Origin: an uncultured Dehalococcoidales bacterium
Lineage (GTDB): Bacteria; Chloroflexota; Dehalococcoidia; Dehalococcoidales; BS750m-G39
DNA: 64,000 nt
Reading direction: 5' to 3'
NCBI GenBank assembly: GCA_964396965.1
Contig: CAYNGD010000006.1
Location: 8,771-72,770 of the forward strand
In this document: piece by piece, positions 46,632 to 57,183 of the stretch
Layout: every line of letters begins with the position of its first letter
How positions within the stretch are numbered: position 1 is the first letter of the stretch
The notes under the pieces: model-generated
Database searches by the model: none
The model's input: the letters and a program-made list of their open reading frames with translations, nothing else
What the model was told of the DNA's origin: nothing
Position numbers and translations under genes: made by a program

Positions 46632-47165
46632 GTGGCCAGAAGGTTTTATGCCCGCCGCTACGTCCAGGCGGTGTTTGACATCGCCCGGGAGAAGAAAGAG
46701 CTGGATAGGTGGCAGTCCGACCTGAACAAGGTGGCCGCTTTGAGCGCTGACGCCACCGTTGCGGCGCTGCTGGAGAACCCTAGGGTTCCTTTTGAGGCTA
46801 AGGCCAAGCTATTGTCCGGGCAGCTGGGCGGTATCGAGCCACTGGCCCTGAACCTGGTCTATCTGCTGGTGAGCCGGGGCAGGCTGGGTATGCTCGGCGA
46901 TATTGCTCACGAGTACCAGCTCCTGCTGGACGACTACCGCGGCATAGAGAGGGCTGAGGTTACCACCGCCATTGCCCTTGATGCTAAGGATATCGCCTCG
47001 CTTGAGGAGCGGCTGGGGACGATGGTGGGCAAGAAGGTGGTGGTGGAGGCCAGGGTTGATAGCGGTCTTGTCGGCGGGATGGTGGCCCGGGTGGGGGGCA
47101 AATTGCTCGACGGCAGCACCATCACTAAACTAACGGCGATGAGGAAGGCGCTGGCGGGCGGCTAA
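46632..47165 (+). CDS. atpH: F-type ATP synthase subunit delta
   Basis: 177 aa, OSCP-like (YARRYVQAVFDIA). GTG start with an AGGAG RBS. Confidence 0.85.
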   Translation: MARRFYARRYVQAVFDIAREKKELDRWQSDLNKVAALSADATVAALLENPRVPFEAKAKLLSGQLGGIEPLALNLVYLLVSRGRLGMLGDIAHEYQLLLDDYRGIERAEVTTAIALDAKDIASLEERLGTMVGKKVVVEARVDSGLVGGMVARVGGKLLDGSTITKLTAMRKALAGG

Positions 47166-47195
47166 GATGAACAGTCAGTTAAGGAGGTGGCTTAA

Positions 47196-48707
47196 GTGAC
47201 ATCTAGAGGTCAGGATATCGTCTCCGTTATCAAACAGCAGATTGAGCAGTTCGGCACGGAGCTGGCCATGGTTGACGTCGGCACCGTGATTGAGATTGGC
47301 GACGGCATCGCCCGCATCCACGGGCTGGCGGCGGCCAAATACAACGAATTGCTTGAGTTCCCCAACGATGTTATGGGCATCGCCCTTAATCTGGAGGAGG
47401 ACGGCGTGGCCGCCGTTGTCCTGGGCGACTACACCGGCATCAAAGAGGGGGACGAGGTCAAGTGCACCGGCCGAATCGCCGAGGTGCCGGTGGGTGAAGC
47501 CCTTATCGGCCGGGTGGTCGATTCACTGGGAAGGCCGCTGGACGGCAAGGGCCCGGTCAAGACCAGTAAGGCCCGCCCCCTGGAGAGGGTGGCCCCCAAT
47601 GTCACCAAGCGCCAGTCGGTGGATACCCCGGTGCAGACCGGAATCAAGGCGGTTGACAGCATGTTCCCCATCGGCAGGGGACAGAGAGAGCTCATTATCG
47701 GCGACCGCTCCACCGGGAAGACCGCCATCGCCCTTGACGCCATCATCAACCAGAAGGGCGGCGATTTAATCTGTATCTATGTCGCCATCGGCCAGAAGAC
47801 CTCGCGTGTAGCCCGGGTAGTCAACACCCTGGAGAACTACGGGGCGATGGAACACAGCATCGTGGTGGTGGCCAACGCCGCCGACTCTGTCGCCATGCAA
47901 TACCTGGCCCCCTACGCCGGCTGCGCCATCGGCGAGGAGTTCATGGAGGCGGGCAGGGACGTTTTGATTGTCTATGACGACCTCTCCAAGCACGCCTGGT
48001 CCTACCGTCAGCTCTCCCTGCTTTTGCGCCGCCCCCCGGGGCGGGAGGCCTACCCCGGCGACGTATTTTACCTGCACAGCCGCTTACTTGAGAGGGCGGC
48101 CAAATACGCTGACGAGTTCGGCGGCGGCTCCCTTACTGCTTTACCCATCATCGAGACGCAGGCCGGGGACGTCTCCGCCTATATCCCGACCAACGTTATT
48201 TCAATTACCGACGGCCAGCTCTATCTGGAGACCGACCTCTTTAACGCCGGCATCAGGCCGGCGCTGAACGTTGGCCTGTCGGTGTCCCGGGTGGGCAGCG
48301 CCGCCCAGACCAAGGCCATGAAGCAGGTGGCCAGCCGCCTCAAGCTGGATATGGGCCAGTACCGAGAGGTGGCCGCCTTCGCCCAGTTCGGCACCGCCGA
48401 GCTGGATAAGGCCACCCGGGCCCAGCTTGAGCGTGGCCAGCGCATCACCGAGGTATTGAAGCAGCCCCAGTACGTGCCAGTGCCTTTGGAGAAGCAGGTC
48501 ATGATTCTCTACGCCGCCATCAACGGCTACCTGGACGATGTACCGGTGGATAAGGTCACCGCCTTTGAGGCCAACTTCCACCGCTTTATGGAGGCCAACC
48601 ACCCCAAGATAGGCGACCAGATTGCGAAAGATAAAGAGATCAAACCGGAGACCGAGGATAAACTGAAAGCCGCCATCGCCGAATTTAAGAAGGATATGGC
48701 TTTATAG
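47196..48707 (+). CDS. atpA: F-type ATP synthase subunit alpha
   Basis: 503 aa with GDRSTGKT Walker A and canonical alpha sequence. Confidence 0.97.
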   Translation: MTSRGQDIVSVIKQQIEQFGTELAMVDVGTVIEIGDGIARIHGLAAAKYNELLEFPNDVMGIALNLEEDGVAAVVLGDYTGIKEGDEVKCTGRIAEVPVGEALIGRVVDSLGRPLDGKGPVKTSKARPLERVAPNVTKRQSVDTPVQTGIKAVDSMFPIGRGQRELIIGDRSTGKTAIALDAIINQKGGDLICIYVAIGQKTSRVARVVNTLENYGAMEHSIVVVANAADSVAMQYLAPYAGCAIGEEFMEAGRDVLIVYDDLSKHAWSYRQLSLLLRRPPGREAYPGDVFYLHSRLLERAAKYADEFGGGSLTALPIIETQAGDVSAYIPTNVISITDGQLYLETDLFNAGIRPALNVGLSVSRVGSAAQTKAMKQVASRLKLDMGQYREVAAFAQFGTAELDKATRAQLERGQRITEVLKQPQYVPVPLEKQVMILYAAINGYLDDVPVDKVTAFEANFHRFMEANHPKIGDQIAKDKEIKPETEDKLKAAIAEFKKDMAL

Positions 48708-48714
48708 GAGAGGG

Positions 48715-48900
48715 CGTTTCTCTTCCCACCCTGACCCGCCCTACAGAGGCTTAGCCTCTAAAACTCCTTAAAAAAGGGGAGTGAAAAACCGAATACGGGG
48801 GAGGCGAAGGTAATATCTCCCCCTTCGTTGGGGGTGGGGAGGAACAAGAAGGCCTAAAAGGGTGAAACCTTTTTGGGCGGGTGGGTATAGGAAGTAAAAC
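48715..48900. repeat. Intergenic repeat copy R4 (inside the atp operon)
   Basis: Left end TTCCCACCCTGACCCGCCC plus hairpin AGAGGC-TTA-GCCTCT. Internal GGGGGAG...CTCCCCC hairpin. Right end GGGCGGGTGGGTATAGGAAGTAAAAC. Confidence 0.75.
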
Positions 48901-48923
48901 ATAAATTTGAGGGATGAAGGGGA

Positions 48924-49271
48924 ATGGAAAAGATGATTGCGTACTGCGGGATAACCTGCACTGAGTGCCCGGCTTTTCTAGCCACCCAGGATGACGACGA
49001 CGCCAAAAGGAAAGAGACCGCCGAGCTGTGGACCAAACAATATAACGTTGATATCAAGCCTGAAGATATAAACTGCGATGGTTGCCTTAGCGATACAGGC
49101 AGACTGGTGGGTCACTGCTACGTCTGCGAGATGAGAAAGTGCGGGCAGGAAAGGGGCGTGGCCAACTGTGCCTACTGCAACGATTACGGCTGCCAGAAAC
49201 TAGAGAAGTTCTTCGAGATGGCGCCGATGTACAGAGCTACCCTGGATGAAATCAGGAAGGGATTACAGTAA
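48924..49271 (+). CDS. Cys-rich DUF3795-like protein
   Basis: 115 aa with 11 Cys in the pattern YCGITCTECP...CDGC...CYVCEMRKC...CAYCNDYGC. Confidence 0.7.
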   Translation: MEKMIAYCGITCTECPAFLATQDDDDAKRKETAELWTKQYNVDIKPEDINCDGCLSDTGRLVGHCYVCEMRKCGQERGVANCAYCNDYGCQKLEKFFEMAPMYRATLDEIRKGLQ

Positions 49272-49273
49272 GT

Positions 49274-50131
49274 TTGGCTAATATTCGTTTAATAAGACGC
49301 CGGATACGCGGCATCCAGTCCACCGCCAAGATAACCCGCGCCATGGAGATGATTGCTACCTCCAAGATGAGGAAGGCCCAGGAGCGGGGTCTGGCCGGGC
49401 GCCCCTACGCCGAGAAGATTATGAAGGTGATGGCCGACTTGGCGGCGCTGCGGCGGGAGGGGGAGGAGATGCACCCCCTGCTGCAAAAGCGGCCAGTGGA
49501 GAAAATCGGCCTACTGCATATCACCCCCGACCGCGGCCTGTGCGGCGGGCTCAACACCAACCTGAACCGCCGCACCACCAGCTTTATCCTGGAGCAGGAG
49601 GTGCTGGTGAGCCTGGTGGTGGTGGGGCGAAAGGGGCGGGACTTTATGCGGCGCTACCGGCGGGAAATCCGCGCCGAGTTTACCAACCTCGGCGACCGCC
49701 CTGGCTGGCTGGATACTCTGCCTATATCCCGCATAATCATTGACGACTACACCAGCCGCGAGATAGACCGGGTCTATATCGTCTATCCCCAGTTTATCTC
49801 CACCATGGTGCAGAAGCCGGTTGTCCAGCAGATACTGCCGGTTGAGCCGGCGGCGATACCCACCGCCCAGAATGTTGACTATATCTATGAGCCCGGCCCG
49901 GCCCAGGTGCTGGGCCAGCTGTTGCCTAGGTTTGTCGAGATGGAGGTCTATCACGCTATTCTGGAGTCTATCGCCAGCGAGCAGTCGGCGAGGATGGTGG
50001 CCATGCGCAACGCCACAGATAGCGCCAATGAGCTTATCGAGGAGCTTACCCTGATGTATAATAAGGCACGTCAGGAGATGATAACCAAGGAGCTGCTGGA
50101 TATTACTGGCGGGGCGGCAGCCCTGGCCTGA
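49274..50131 (+). CDS. atpG: F-type ATP synthase subunit gamma
   Basis: 285 aa with IRRRIRGIQSTAKITRAMEMIATSKMRKAQ and C-terminal ITKELLDITGGAAAL. TTG start. Confidence 0.92.
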   Translation: MANIRLIRRRIRGIQSTAKITRAMEMIATSKMRKAQERGLAGRPYAEKIMKVMADLAALRREGEEMHPLLQKRPVEKIGLLHITPDRGLCGGLNTNLNRRTTSFILEQEVLVSLVVVGRKGRDFMRRYRREIRAEFTNLGDRPGWLDTLPISRIIIDDYTSREIDRVYIVYPQFISTMVQKPVVQQILPVEPAAIPTAQNVDYIYEPGPAQVLGQLLPRFVEMEVYHAILESIASEQSARMVAMRNATDSANELIEELTLMYNKARQEMITKELLDITGGAAALA

Positions 50132-50147
50132 AATAAGGAGGTGTGAC

Positions 50148-50423
50148 ATGCCTATCACTAGCAAAGATTTCGACAGGAGTGACCGTAAGTCCGAGATTAT
50201 ACTGATGGACTTCCTCCGCTCCCATCCCCTTGAGGCCTACAGCCTCGACGAGCTGGTCAAGACGATGGCAGTCCAGGGCCGGAAGCTGAGCAAGGAAGAG
50301 CTGGGCAATATGCTGATGCTGATGGAGTACGGCCGAAAGATAATATCGAAGAAAATAGGCGGGGTGACCTATTACCGCTACCGCCAGTTTGCTGGTTACG
50401 GTCCCCCGGCCGGAGCTAAATAG
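50148..50423 (+). CDS. Small winged-helix-like protein, unknown function
   Basis: 91 aa. Strong AAGGAGGTG RBS. Helix-rich, followed by a KKIGGVTYYRY beta-hairpin-like wing. Confidence 0.5.
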   Translation: MPITSKDFDRSDRKSEIILMDFLRSHPLEAYSLDELVKTMAVQGRKLSKEELGNMLMLMEYGRKIISKKIGGVTYYRYRQFAGYGPPAGAK

Positions 50424-51833
<1,410 letters not shown>

Positions 51834-51838
51834 AACAG

Positions 51839-52273
51839 ATGGCAACAACCAGGCTGGATATTGTTACCGCGGAACGGGTGGTCTATTCCGAGGACGTGGA
51901 TATGGTCATCGCTCCCGGTATTGAGGGTCAGCTGGGAATCCTGCCCCACCACGCCCCCCTGATGACCACGCTTATACCCGGTGAGTTACTGGTGAGGAAG
52001 GGCGGGCAGGAGCTTCCCCTGGCCATTACCGGGGGCTTTATCGAGGTGCGCCCCGACCGGATTATAATCCTGGCTGATGCCGCCGAGAGGGTTGAAGAGA
52101 TTGACGTGGCCAGGGCCGAGGAGGCCAAGCGCCGTGCCGAAGAGAGGCTTAAGGTTCGGGCTCCTGAGGTGGATCTATTGCGGGCGGAAGCAGCCCTGCG
52201 CCGCTCTCTGGTCCGCCTTGAGGTTGCCGCTAGGCGAAGAAGGCGCAGCAAAACCCAGCCTCCACCGGGCTAA
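51839..52273 (+). CDS. atpC: F-type ATP synthase subunit epsilon
   Basis: 144 aa with an N-terminal beta-sandwich ([12 protein letters not shown]) and a helical, Arg-rich C-terminus. Confidence 0.9.
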   Translation: MATTRLDIVTAERVVYSEDVDMVIAPGIEGQLGILPHHAPLMTTLIPGELLVRKGGQELPLAITGGFIEVRPDRIIILADAAERVEEIDVARAEEAKRRAEERLKVRAPEVDLLRAEAALRRSLVRLEVAARRRRRSKTQPPPG

Positions 52274-52391
52274 AGTAAATGGGTTAGCGGGCGCAGGTTA
52301 GCGGGGGAAAATCAGTTTGGTTTGCCTTGATTTCCACGGGGGCCGGGACTAAAGCCCCGGCGATTGATTACCGTTAGACGAGCTTTAAAGG

Positions 52392-52691
52392 TTAGAGAAT
52401 CTCCAGGGTAGCCCTGGTGCCGGCTTTGGCCGCTTTCACCCTTATCAGGGTGCGCATGGCCTGGGCGACACGGCCCTGACGGCCAATAATTCTCCCCTTA
52501 TCCTCCTCGGCGACCTGTAGCTTGAGTATGATGCCCTGCTCATCGGTTTCCTCGGTGACGGTAACCTCATCGGGTACGTTCACGATGGATTTGGCGATGA
52601 ATTCGACTAGTTCCTTCATACCTTTTACTTCTTTCGGGCTTTCTTGTGTCTCCGGGGCCTCCTGTTCTTCCGGGTTTTCTTGGTCTTTCAT
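52392..52691 (-). CDS. KH-domain RNA-binding protein (YlqC/UPF0109-like)
   Basis: 99 aa with [17 protein letters not shown] (GxxG KH motif). Directly downstream of rpsP (ATGA overlap). Acidic N-terminal extension. Confidence 0.8.
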   Translation of the reverse strand: MKDQENPEEQEAPETQESPKEVKGMKELVEFIAKSIVNVPDEVTVTEETDEQGIILKLQVAEEDKGRIIGRQGRVAQAMRTLIRVKAAKAGTRATLEIL

Positions 52692-53251
52692 GATGGCTCC
52701 TCGCTTGTTTCGGTGCTTGGTTCGGCTGGTTCCTCGCTAGTCGCGGGTTCTTCTATGGTGGCTGTTTTCGGGTCCTCCTTGCTTGCTTTAGGTTTTGCAG
52801 TGGTGCTGGCTTCCGGTTTTTCAGCCAGACCAGCCTCTGGTTCCTTGATTGCAGCTTCTGGTTCCTTGGCAGCTTTGGCCTCTTCCTTGACTGCCTTGGG
52901 TGCTTCGGCGACTTCAGCCTTGGCTTCTGCCGGAGCAGCCGCCTTGGCCCTCTTCTTCTTGCCGACCTTGGGGGCGCTGGCCTTCATTCTCTCTTTCCTT
53001 GAGGCGGGCTCTTCGATAATGCCGGCCTTGGCCAGCAACCGGGCGGCGGTATCGGTTGGCTGGGCGCCCGATTTAAGCCAACTCTGCGCTTTTTCCTGGT
53101 CGATAACTATTGTTTCGGGGTCGGTAAGGGGGTTGTAGTGACCAATAGCGGCGATGAAGGCTCCATCACGAGGGGCTCTGGAATCAGCTACCACGATACG
53201 GTAACTCGGGGTCTTTTTGGCTCCAATGCGGCGTAGTCTGATTTTTACCAA
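52688..53251 (-). CDS. rpsP: 30S ribosomal protein S16 with a ~100 aa K/E/A/P-rich C-terminal extension
   Basis: From TTG 53251 (GGAGAAAAAGGA upstream) the protein reads (M)[29 protein letters not shown]..., canonical S16 for about 85 aa, then a low-complexity tail. Confidence 0.9.
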   Translation of the reverse strand: MVKIRLRRIGAKKTPSYRIVVADSRAPRDGAFIAAIGHYNPLTDPETIVIDQEKAQSWLKSGAQPTDTAARLLAKAGIIEEPASRKERMKASAPKVGKKKRAKAAAPAEAKAEVAEAPKAVKEEAKAAKEPEAAIKEPEAGLAEKPEASTTAKPKASKEDPKTATIEEPATSEEPAEPSTETSEEPS

Positions 53252-53316
53252 TTTATTTCCTTTTTCTCCACAGGGTATTATGCGGTATAACGGCTTGCTT
53301 GTCAATGGCTGGGTTT

Positions 53317-53736
53317 TTATGCTCGTCTCAACGCCCGGGTGATAAAGAATCCGGGCAGGCCGACAATCACCACTGTGGCCAATGTAAAAAGAGCGTCAAC
53401 CCACCAGGACGGGTTTCTGGTTAAAGTTATGAATATGGCAGCCGCCACAATCACTCCCAGAGCGGCAACATAGTAAACCGAGGTGCCTACCAGCGACAAT
53501 ATCCTGCCCGCCGAAAATTTACCGCGTATCAGTAACAGTATGAACCCGGCGATGAGAACCAGAATTCCAAGCATCGGGGCAAATAGGGCCACCGAACTGG
53601 CACTCTGCCCGATATCGGAGGCGGTGCCATGAAAGTAGGCTAGAGCAAAGCCAAAACTATATCGAAATCCCATAAGGAGCAGCATGAACCCCGCCCCAAG
53701 CGCATAGAGCAGGACCCAGAGCCACGTAAGCCGCAT
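53317..53736 (-). CDS. Integral membrane protein (4 TM), unknown function
   Basis: About 139 aa from ATG 53736 (GGAGGTG RBS 6 nt upstream). Hydrophobic throughout. Confidence 0.55.
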   Translation of the reverse strand: MRLTWLWVLLYALGAGFMLLLMGFRYSFGFALAYFHGTASDIGQSASSVALFAPMLGILVLIAGFILLLIRGKFSAGRILSLVGTSVYYVAALGVIVAAAIFITLTRNPSWWVDALFTLATVVIVGLPGFFITRALRRA

Positions 53737-53768
53737 CCTTGGCACCTCCCACTGTGTTAAGCTGCCCC

Positions 53769-53797
53769 AATATAAGTGATTAATTACAGTGTGTCAA
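53769..53797 (-). promoter_or_regulatory. Sigma-70-type promoter for the membrane protein gene
   Basis: Minus strand reads TTGACA, a 17 nt spacer, then TATATT. Confidence 0.5.
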
Positions 53798-53823
53798 TAG
53801 CTTGAATAGGGCTGTTTAAGAGG

Positions 53824-54008
53824 ACGTTTTATTTCCCACCCTGACCCGCCCTTCGGAGGGTTTGCTTCCCATCCTTGAATTTTTGGGGTTAGGGGAAAAG
53901 GGAGGTTAATTCTCTCCTCTGGGGGTGGGGTGAGAAAGTGTTAGAAGCGGAGCTTACATGGGTGGGTGGGTATGGGAAGAAAAACTGACTTTAAAAGGGG
54001 GTGGGGTT
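53824..54008. repeat. Intergenic repeat copy R5
   Basis: Left end TTTCCCACCCTGACCCGCCC plus hairpin. Right end GGGTGGGTGGGTATGGGAAGAAAAACTG ... GGGGGTGGGG. Confidence 0.75.
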
Positions 54009-54033
54009 GACCTGACTATGGTATAATCGGGTT

Positions 54034-54753
54034 ATGAAGGTAAAAAACCTGCACAGCTGGCAGGTCAGCACCGCCCAGGCCTTTGATATACAGCTGAGGC
54101 TGGCATCACAGGTATCCAGGACTAACGAACTGACTAACCCCCGCTATATCGCCGGGGTGGATATATCGGTTGACCGGATTCGGGGGGTGGCCCGGGGGGC
54201 GGTGGTGGTCCTGAGCTACCCCGAACTCAGGCTGGTGGAGAGCCAGGTGGTGAGCGGGGAGGTCGATTTCCCCTATGTCCCCGGCCTGCTCTCCTTCCGG
54301 GAGGCGCCGCTGACCCTGGCCGCCTTCGAGCGGCTGGAGACTGCCCCCGACCTTGTCCTCTTCGACGGGCAGGGCATCGCCCACCCCAGGCGGCTGGGGC
54401 TGGCGGCGCACCTGGGGCTTTTTCTGGACAGGCCCTCTATTGGCTGCGCCAAGTCGCGGCTGTGCGGCTCTCACAATACGCTGGGTCTGGAGCCGGGCAG
54501 CTATGCCGAGCTAGTGGATGGGGGGGAGGTTATTGGCGCCGTTCTCCGGACGAAAGCGGGGACAAAACCGGTCTATGTTTCAATCGGTCATAAGATTGAT
54601 TTGAAAAGCGCCATCGACTGGGTGATGCAGTGCTGCCGGGGCTACCGCCTGCCCGAGCCTACCCGGCTGGCCCACCTGGCGGCGGGGGGAAAGCTGGAGA
54701 GCAGAGAAGCCCCGGTTACGGCGGCAGACTATCAAGGGAGGCTTTTTGAATAG
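54034..54753 (+). CDS. nfi: Endonuclease V
   Basis: 239 aa with AGVDIS, YVPGLLSFRE, DGQGIAHPRRLGLA and GCAKS motifs. Confidence 0.9.
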   Translation: MKVKNLHSWQVSTAQAFDIQLRLASQVSRTNELTNPRYIAGVDISVDRIRGVARGAVVVLSYPELRLVESQVVSGEVDFPYVPGLLSFREAPLTLAAFERLETAPDLVLFDGQGIAHPRRLGLAAHLGLFLDRPSIGCAKSRLCGSHNTLGLEPGSYAELVDGGEVIGAVLRTKAGTKPVYVSIGHKIDLKSAIDWVMQCCRGYRLPEPTRLAHLAAGGKLESREAPVTAADYQGRLFE

Positions 54754-55846
54754 ATGCAGGAGCTGAGGGATAAGCTGAAGGACTTGCGGTCCAGAGTCTC
54801 TATAGCCATGGTGCATCTTTGACGTAGCCGGCAGAGAAAAGGAAATCGCCCGTCTGGAGAAGCAGTCGGCTGATCCCGATTTCTGGCAGGAGCCGGAAAG
54901 GGCGCAGGGGGTAATGCGACAGCTTGCCGAGCAGAAGAGGGTGGTTGAGCGCTGGCGGGTGATGGAGGAGAGGACGTCTGAAGTTGCCGAGCTGGTTTCT
55001 TTAGGGGACGAGTCATTACGGGCGGATATTGAGGCCGAGGTGGAGAGATTAGCTTCCCGCCTCGATAAAATGGAGCTTGAGGTGGCCTTCGGTGGTGATT
55101 ACGACGCCAGGAACGCCATCCTGTCGATACACGCCGGGGCGGGGGGGACCGAGTCGCAGGACTGGGCGCAGATGCTGGTGAGGATGTACCTGCGCTGGGC
55201 GGAACGGCGCCACTATCAGGCCGAGGTGCTCGACCTTTCTCCGGGGGAGGAGGCGGGGGTAAAGAGCGTGGTCATCGGGGTTAAAGGCGATTACGCCAAT
55301 GGCTATCTGAAATCGGAGCACGGCGTTCACCGCCTGGTGAGACTTTCCCCGTTTGACGCCGACCACGCCCGGCACACCTCTTTCGCCCTGGTGGAGGTGA
55401 TGCCCGAGGCCGAGGCCGGCGTTGACGTAAGGATAGAGCCGGAAGATTTGAAGGTGGAGACCTTCCGTTCCAGCGGGCCGGGGGGACAGCACATGCAGAA
55501 GACGAGCAGCGCGGTGAGGCTCACCCACCTGCCCACCGGCCTGACGGTCTCCTGCCAGAGCGAGCGCTCCCAGCACCAGAACAAGGAAATCGCCCTGAAG
55601 ATACTCCGCTCCCGCCTTCTGGAGCTTGAGCTGGAGAAAAGGGCGGAGGAGAGGGCTAAACTGAAGGGGAAGCGCATCGCCGCTGGCTGGGGTAACCAGA
55701 TACGGAGCTACGTCCTCCACCCCTACAAGATGGTCAAGGACCACCGAACCGAATACCAGACCAGCGATGCCGATGCCGTCCTCGACGGAGAGCTGGACGG
55801 CTTTATCAATGCCTATTTGCGGTCAATCATGGGCGAGAAGGAATAA
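54754..55846 (+). CDS. prfB: Peptide chain release factor 2, requires programmed +1 frameshift: join(54754..54819,54821..55846)
   Basis: Frame 0 reads MQELRDKLKDLRSRVSIAMVHL and then hits CTT TGA C. The +1 frame continues DVAGREKEIARLEK... and carries SPF and GGQ motifs. Confidence 0.93.
54808..54823 (+). promoter_or_regulatory. RF2 autoregulatory +1 frameshift site
   Basis: ATGGTG CAT CTT TGA C: the canonical CUU UGA C slippery/stop context, with a weak SD-like GGUG 3 nt upstream of CUU. Confidence 0.85.
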
Positions 55847-55850
55847 AAGA

Positions 55851-56057
55851 GGGAATTACCCGGTTTTTAAAGTACGTATTATTTCCCACCCTCCCACCCT
55901 CAAAGGCTGCGCCTCTGAAACTTGCTGCCCAGCCCCTCCACCGGGGGAGAGTTAGAGTTTCCCTCCCGCTGGGGTGGGGCAGGTAAGTATAAGAGGGTGA
56001 AACTCTTTTGGGAGGGAGGATATGGGAAGAAAAACTGGGTTATAATGGGGGAGGGGA
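55851..56057. repeat. Intergenic repeat copy R6
   Basis: Left end CCCGGTTTTTAAAGTACGTATTATTTCCCACCCTCCCACCC. Right end GGGAGGGAGGATATGGGAAGAAAAACTG ... GGGGGAGGGG. Confidence 0.75.
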
Positions 56058-56064
56058 AAGAAGA

Positions 56065-57183
56065 ATGATTAAGAAGATTGGTATATTAGTTCTGGCGGTC
56101 TTGCTGCTCCTGGCCGTATTAAGCCCGGCCCTGGTGCAGGCTCAGAGTGGGCTGACAGTAACCTCAAGCTCGGCGGAGGCCAATTTCCCCCAGCAGCTCA
56201 ACTTTAGTCTATCCGCCACCAGCAACGTCAATATCACTGATATTCGCCTATGCTATGCCATTGAGCATATCGGCTTCGCCGATGTTACCAGTGAGGCCTA
56301 TGTTGATTTTACCCCCGCCGCCAGCGTTAAGGTGAGCTGGTCACTGGATATGGTCAAGATTGGCGGGCTGCCGCCCGGCTCCGTCGTGGATTACTGGTGG
56401 AAAATAGAGGACGGGAACGGCGACCGTCTGGAGACGGCCCCGGCGCAGGTGCAGTTTGATGACACCCGCTACCAATGGCGCAGCCTCACCGAGGGCAACC
56501 TGACCCTTTACTGGTACAGTGGTAATGACGCCTTCGCCCAAGAGCTGATGGCGGCCGCCCAGCAGGCTATGGCCAAGCTGGCCAATGACACCGGTGCCGA
56601 GCTGGAGAAACCGGCTAAGCTCTATGTCTACGCCAACTCCAGCGACCTGCAGGGCTCGATGATTTACCCCCAGGAGTGGACGGGCGGTGTGGCCTTTACC
56701 CGCTACAGCACCATGGCTATCGGCATAGCGCCCAGTGATATCGACTGGGGCAAGAGGGCCATCGCCCACGAGCTGACCCACCTGGTTATCCACCAGATAA
56801 CCCTCAACCCCTATAACGATCTGCCTACCTGGCTGGACGAAGGTCTGGCGGTACGCAGCGAAGGGCCGCTTGAGCCGGCTTTCAGCTCCAGCCTGGCCAG
56901 CGCTATCGCTTCGGGCAGCCTCATCTCGGTGCAGAGCCTGGCCAGCCCCTTCTCTGCTTTTCCCGACCAGGCAGTTCTCTCCTATGCCGAGAGCTACAGC
57001 CTGGTCGATTTCCTCATCACCAGCTACGGGCAGGCCAAGATGTTCCAGCTCTTGAGCGTTTTCCGGCAGGGCAGCGGCTACGACCAGGCGCTCGAGGAGG
57101 TCTACGGCTTTGATATGGGTGGCCTGAATAGCCTGTGGCAGAAATACGTCACCGATAAATACCAGGCGGCGGTGGGCGCTTGA
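56065..57183 (+). CDS. Secreted zinc metallopeptidase (peptidase MA-like, HExxH)
   Basis: From ATG 56065 the protein reads MIKKIGILVLAVLLLLAVLSPALVQAQS (signal peptide). Shows HELTHLVIH and WLDEGLA motifs. Confidence 0.75.
   Translation: MIKKIGILVLAVLLLLAVLSPALVQAQSGLTVTSSSAEANFPQQLNFSLSATSNVNITDIRLCYAIEHIGFADVTSEAYVDFTPAASVKVSWSLDMVKIGGLPPGSVVDYWWKIEDGNGDRLETAPAQVQFDDTRYQWRSLTEGNLTLYWYSGNDAFAQELMAAAQQAMAKLANDTGAELEKPAKLYVYANSSDLQGSMIYPQEWTGGVAFTRYSTMAIGIAPSDIDWGKRAIAHELTHLVIHQITLNPYNDLPTWLDEGLAVRSEGPLEPAFSSSLASAIASGSLISVQSLASPFSAFPDQAVLSYAESYSLVDFLITSYGQAKMFQLLSVFRQGSGYDQALEEVYGFDMGGLNSLWQKYVTDKYQAAVGA

Noticed and set aside
52274-52391. Bidirectional terminator or ncRNA between atpC and the KH gene (hairpin GCCGGG-loop-CCCGGC, direct repeat TTAGCGGG x2).
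   Set aside because: The hairpin is short and has no U-tract on either strand. The evidence is too weak to call a feature.
56008-56064. Upstream extension of the peptidase ORF (track start 56008).
   Set aside because: The extension lies inside repeat R6. ATG 56065 has a GGAGGGG RBS and starts a clean signal peptide.
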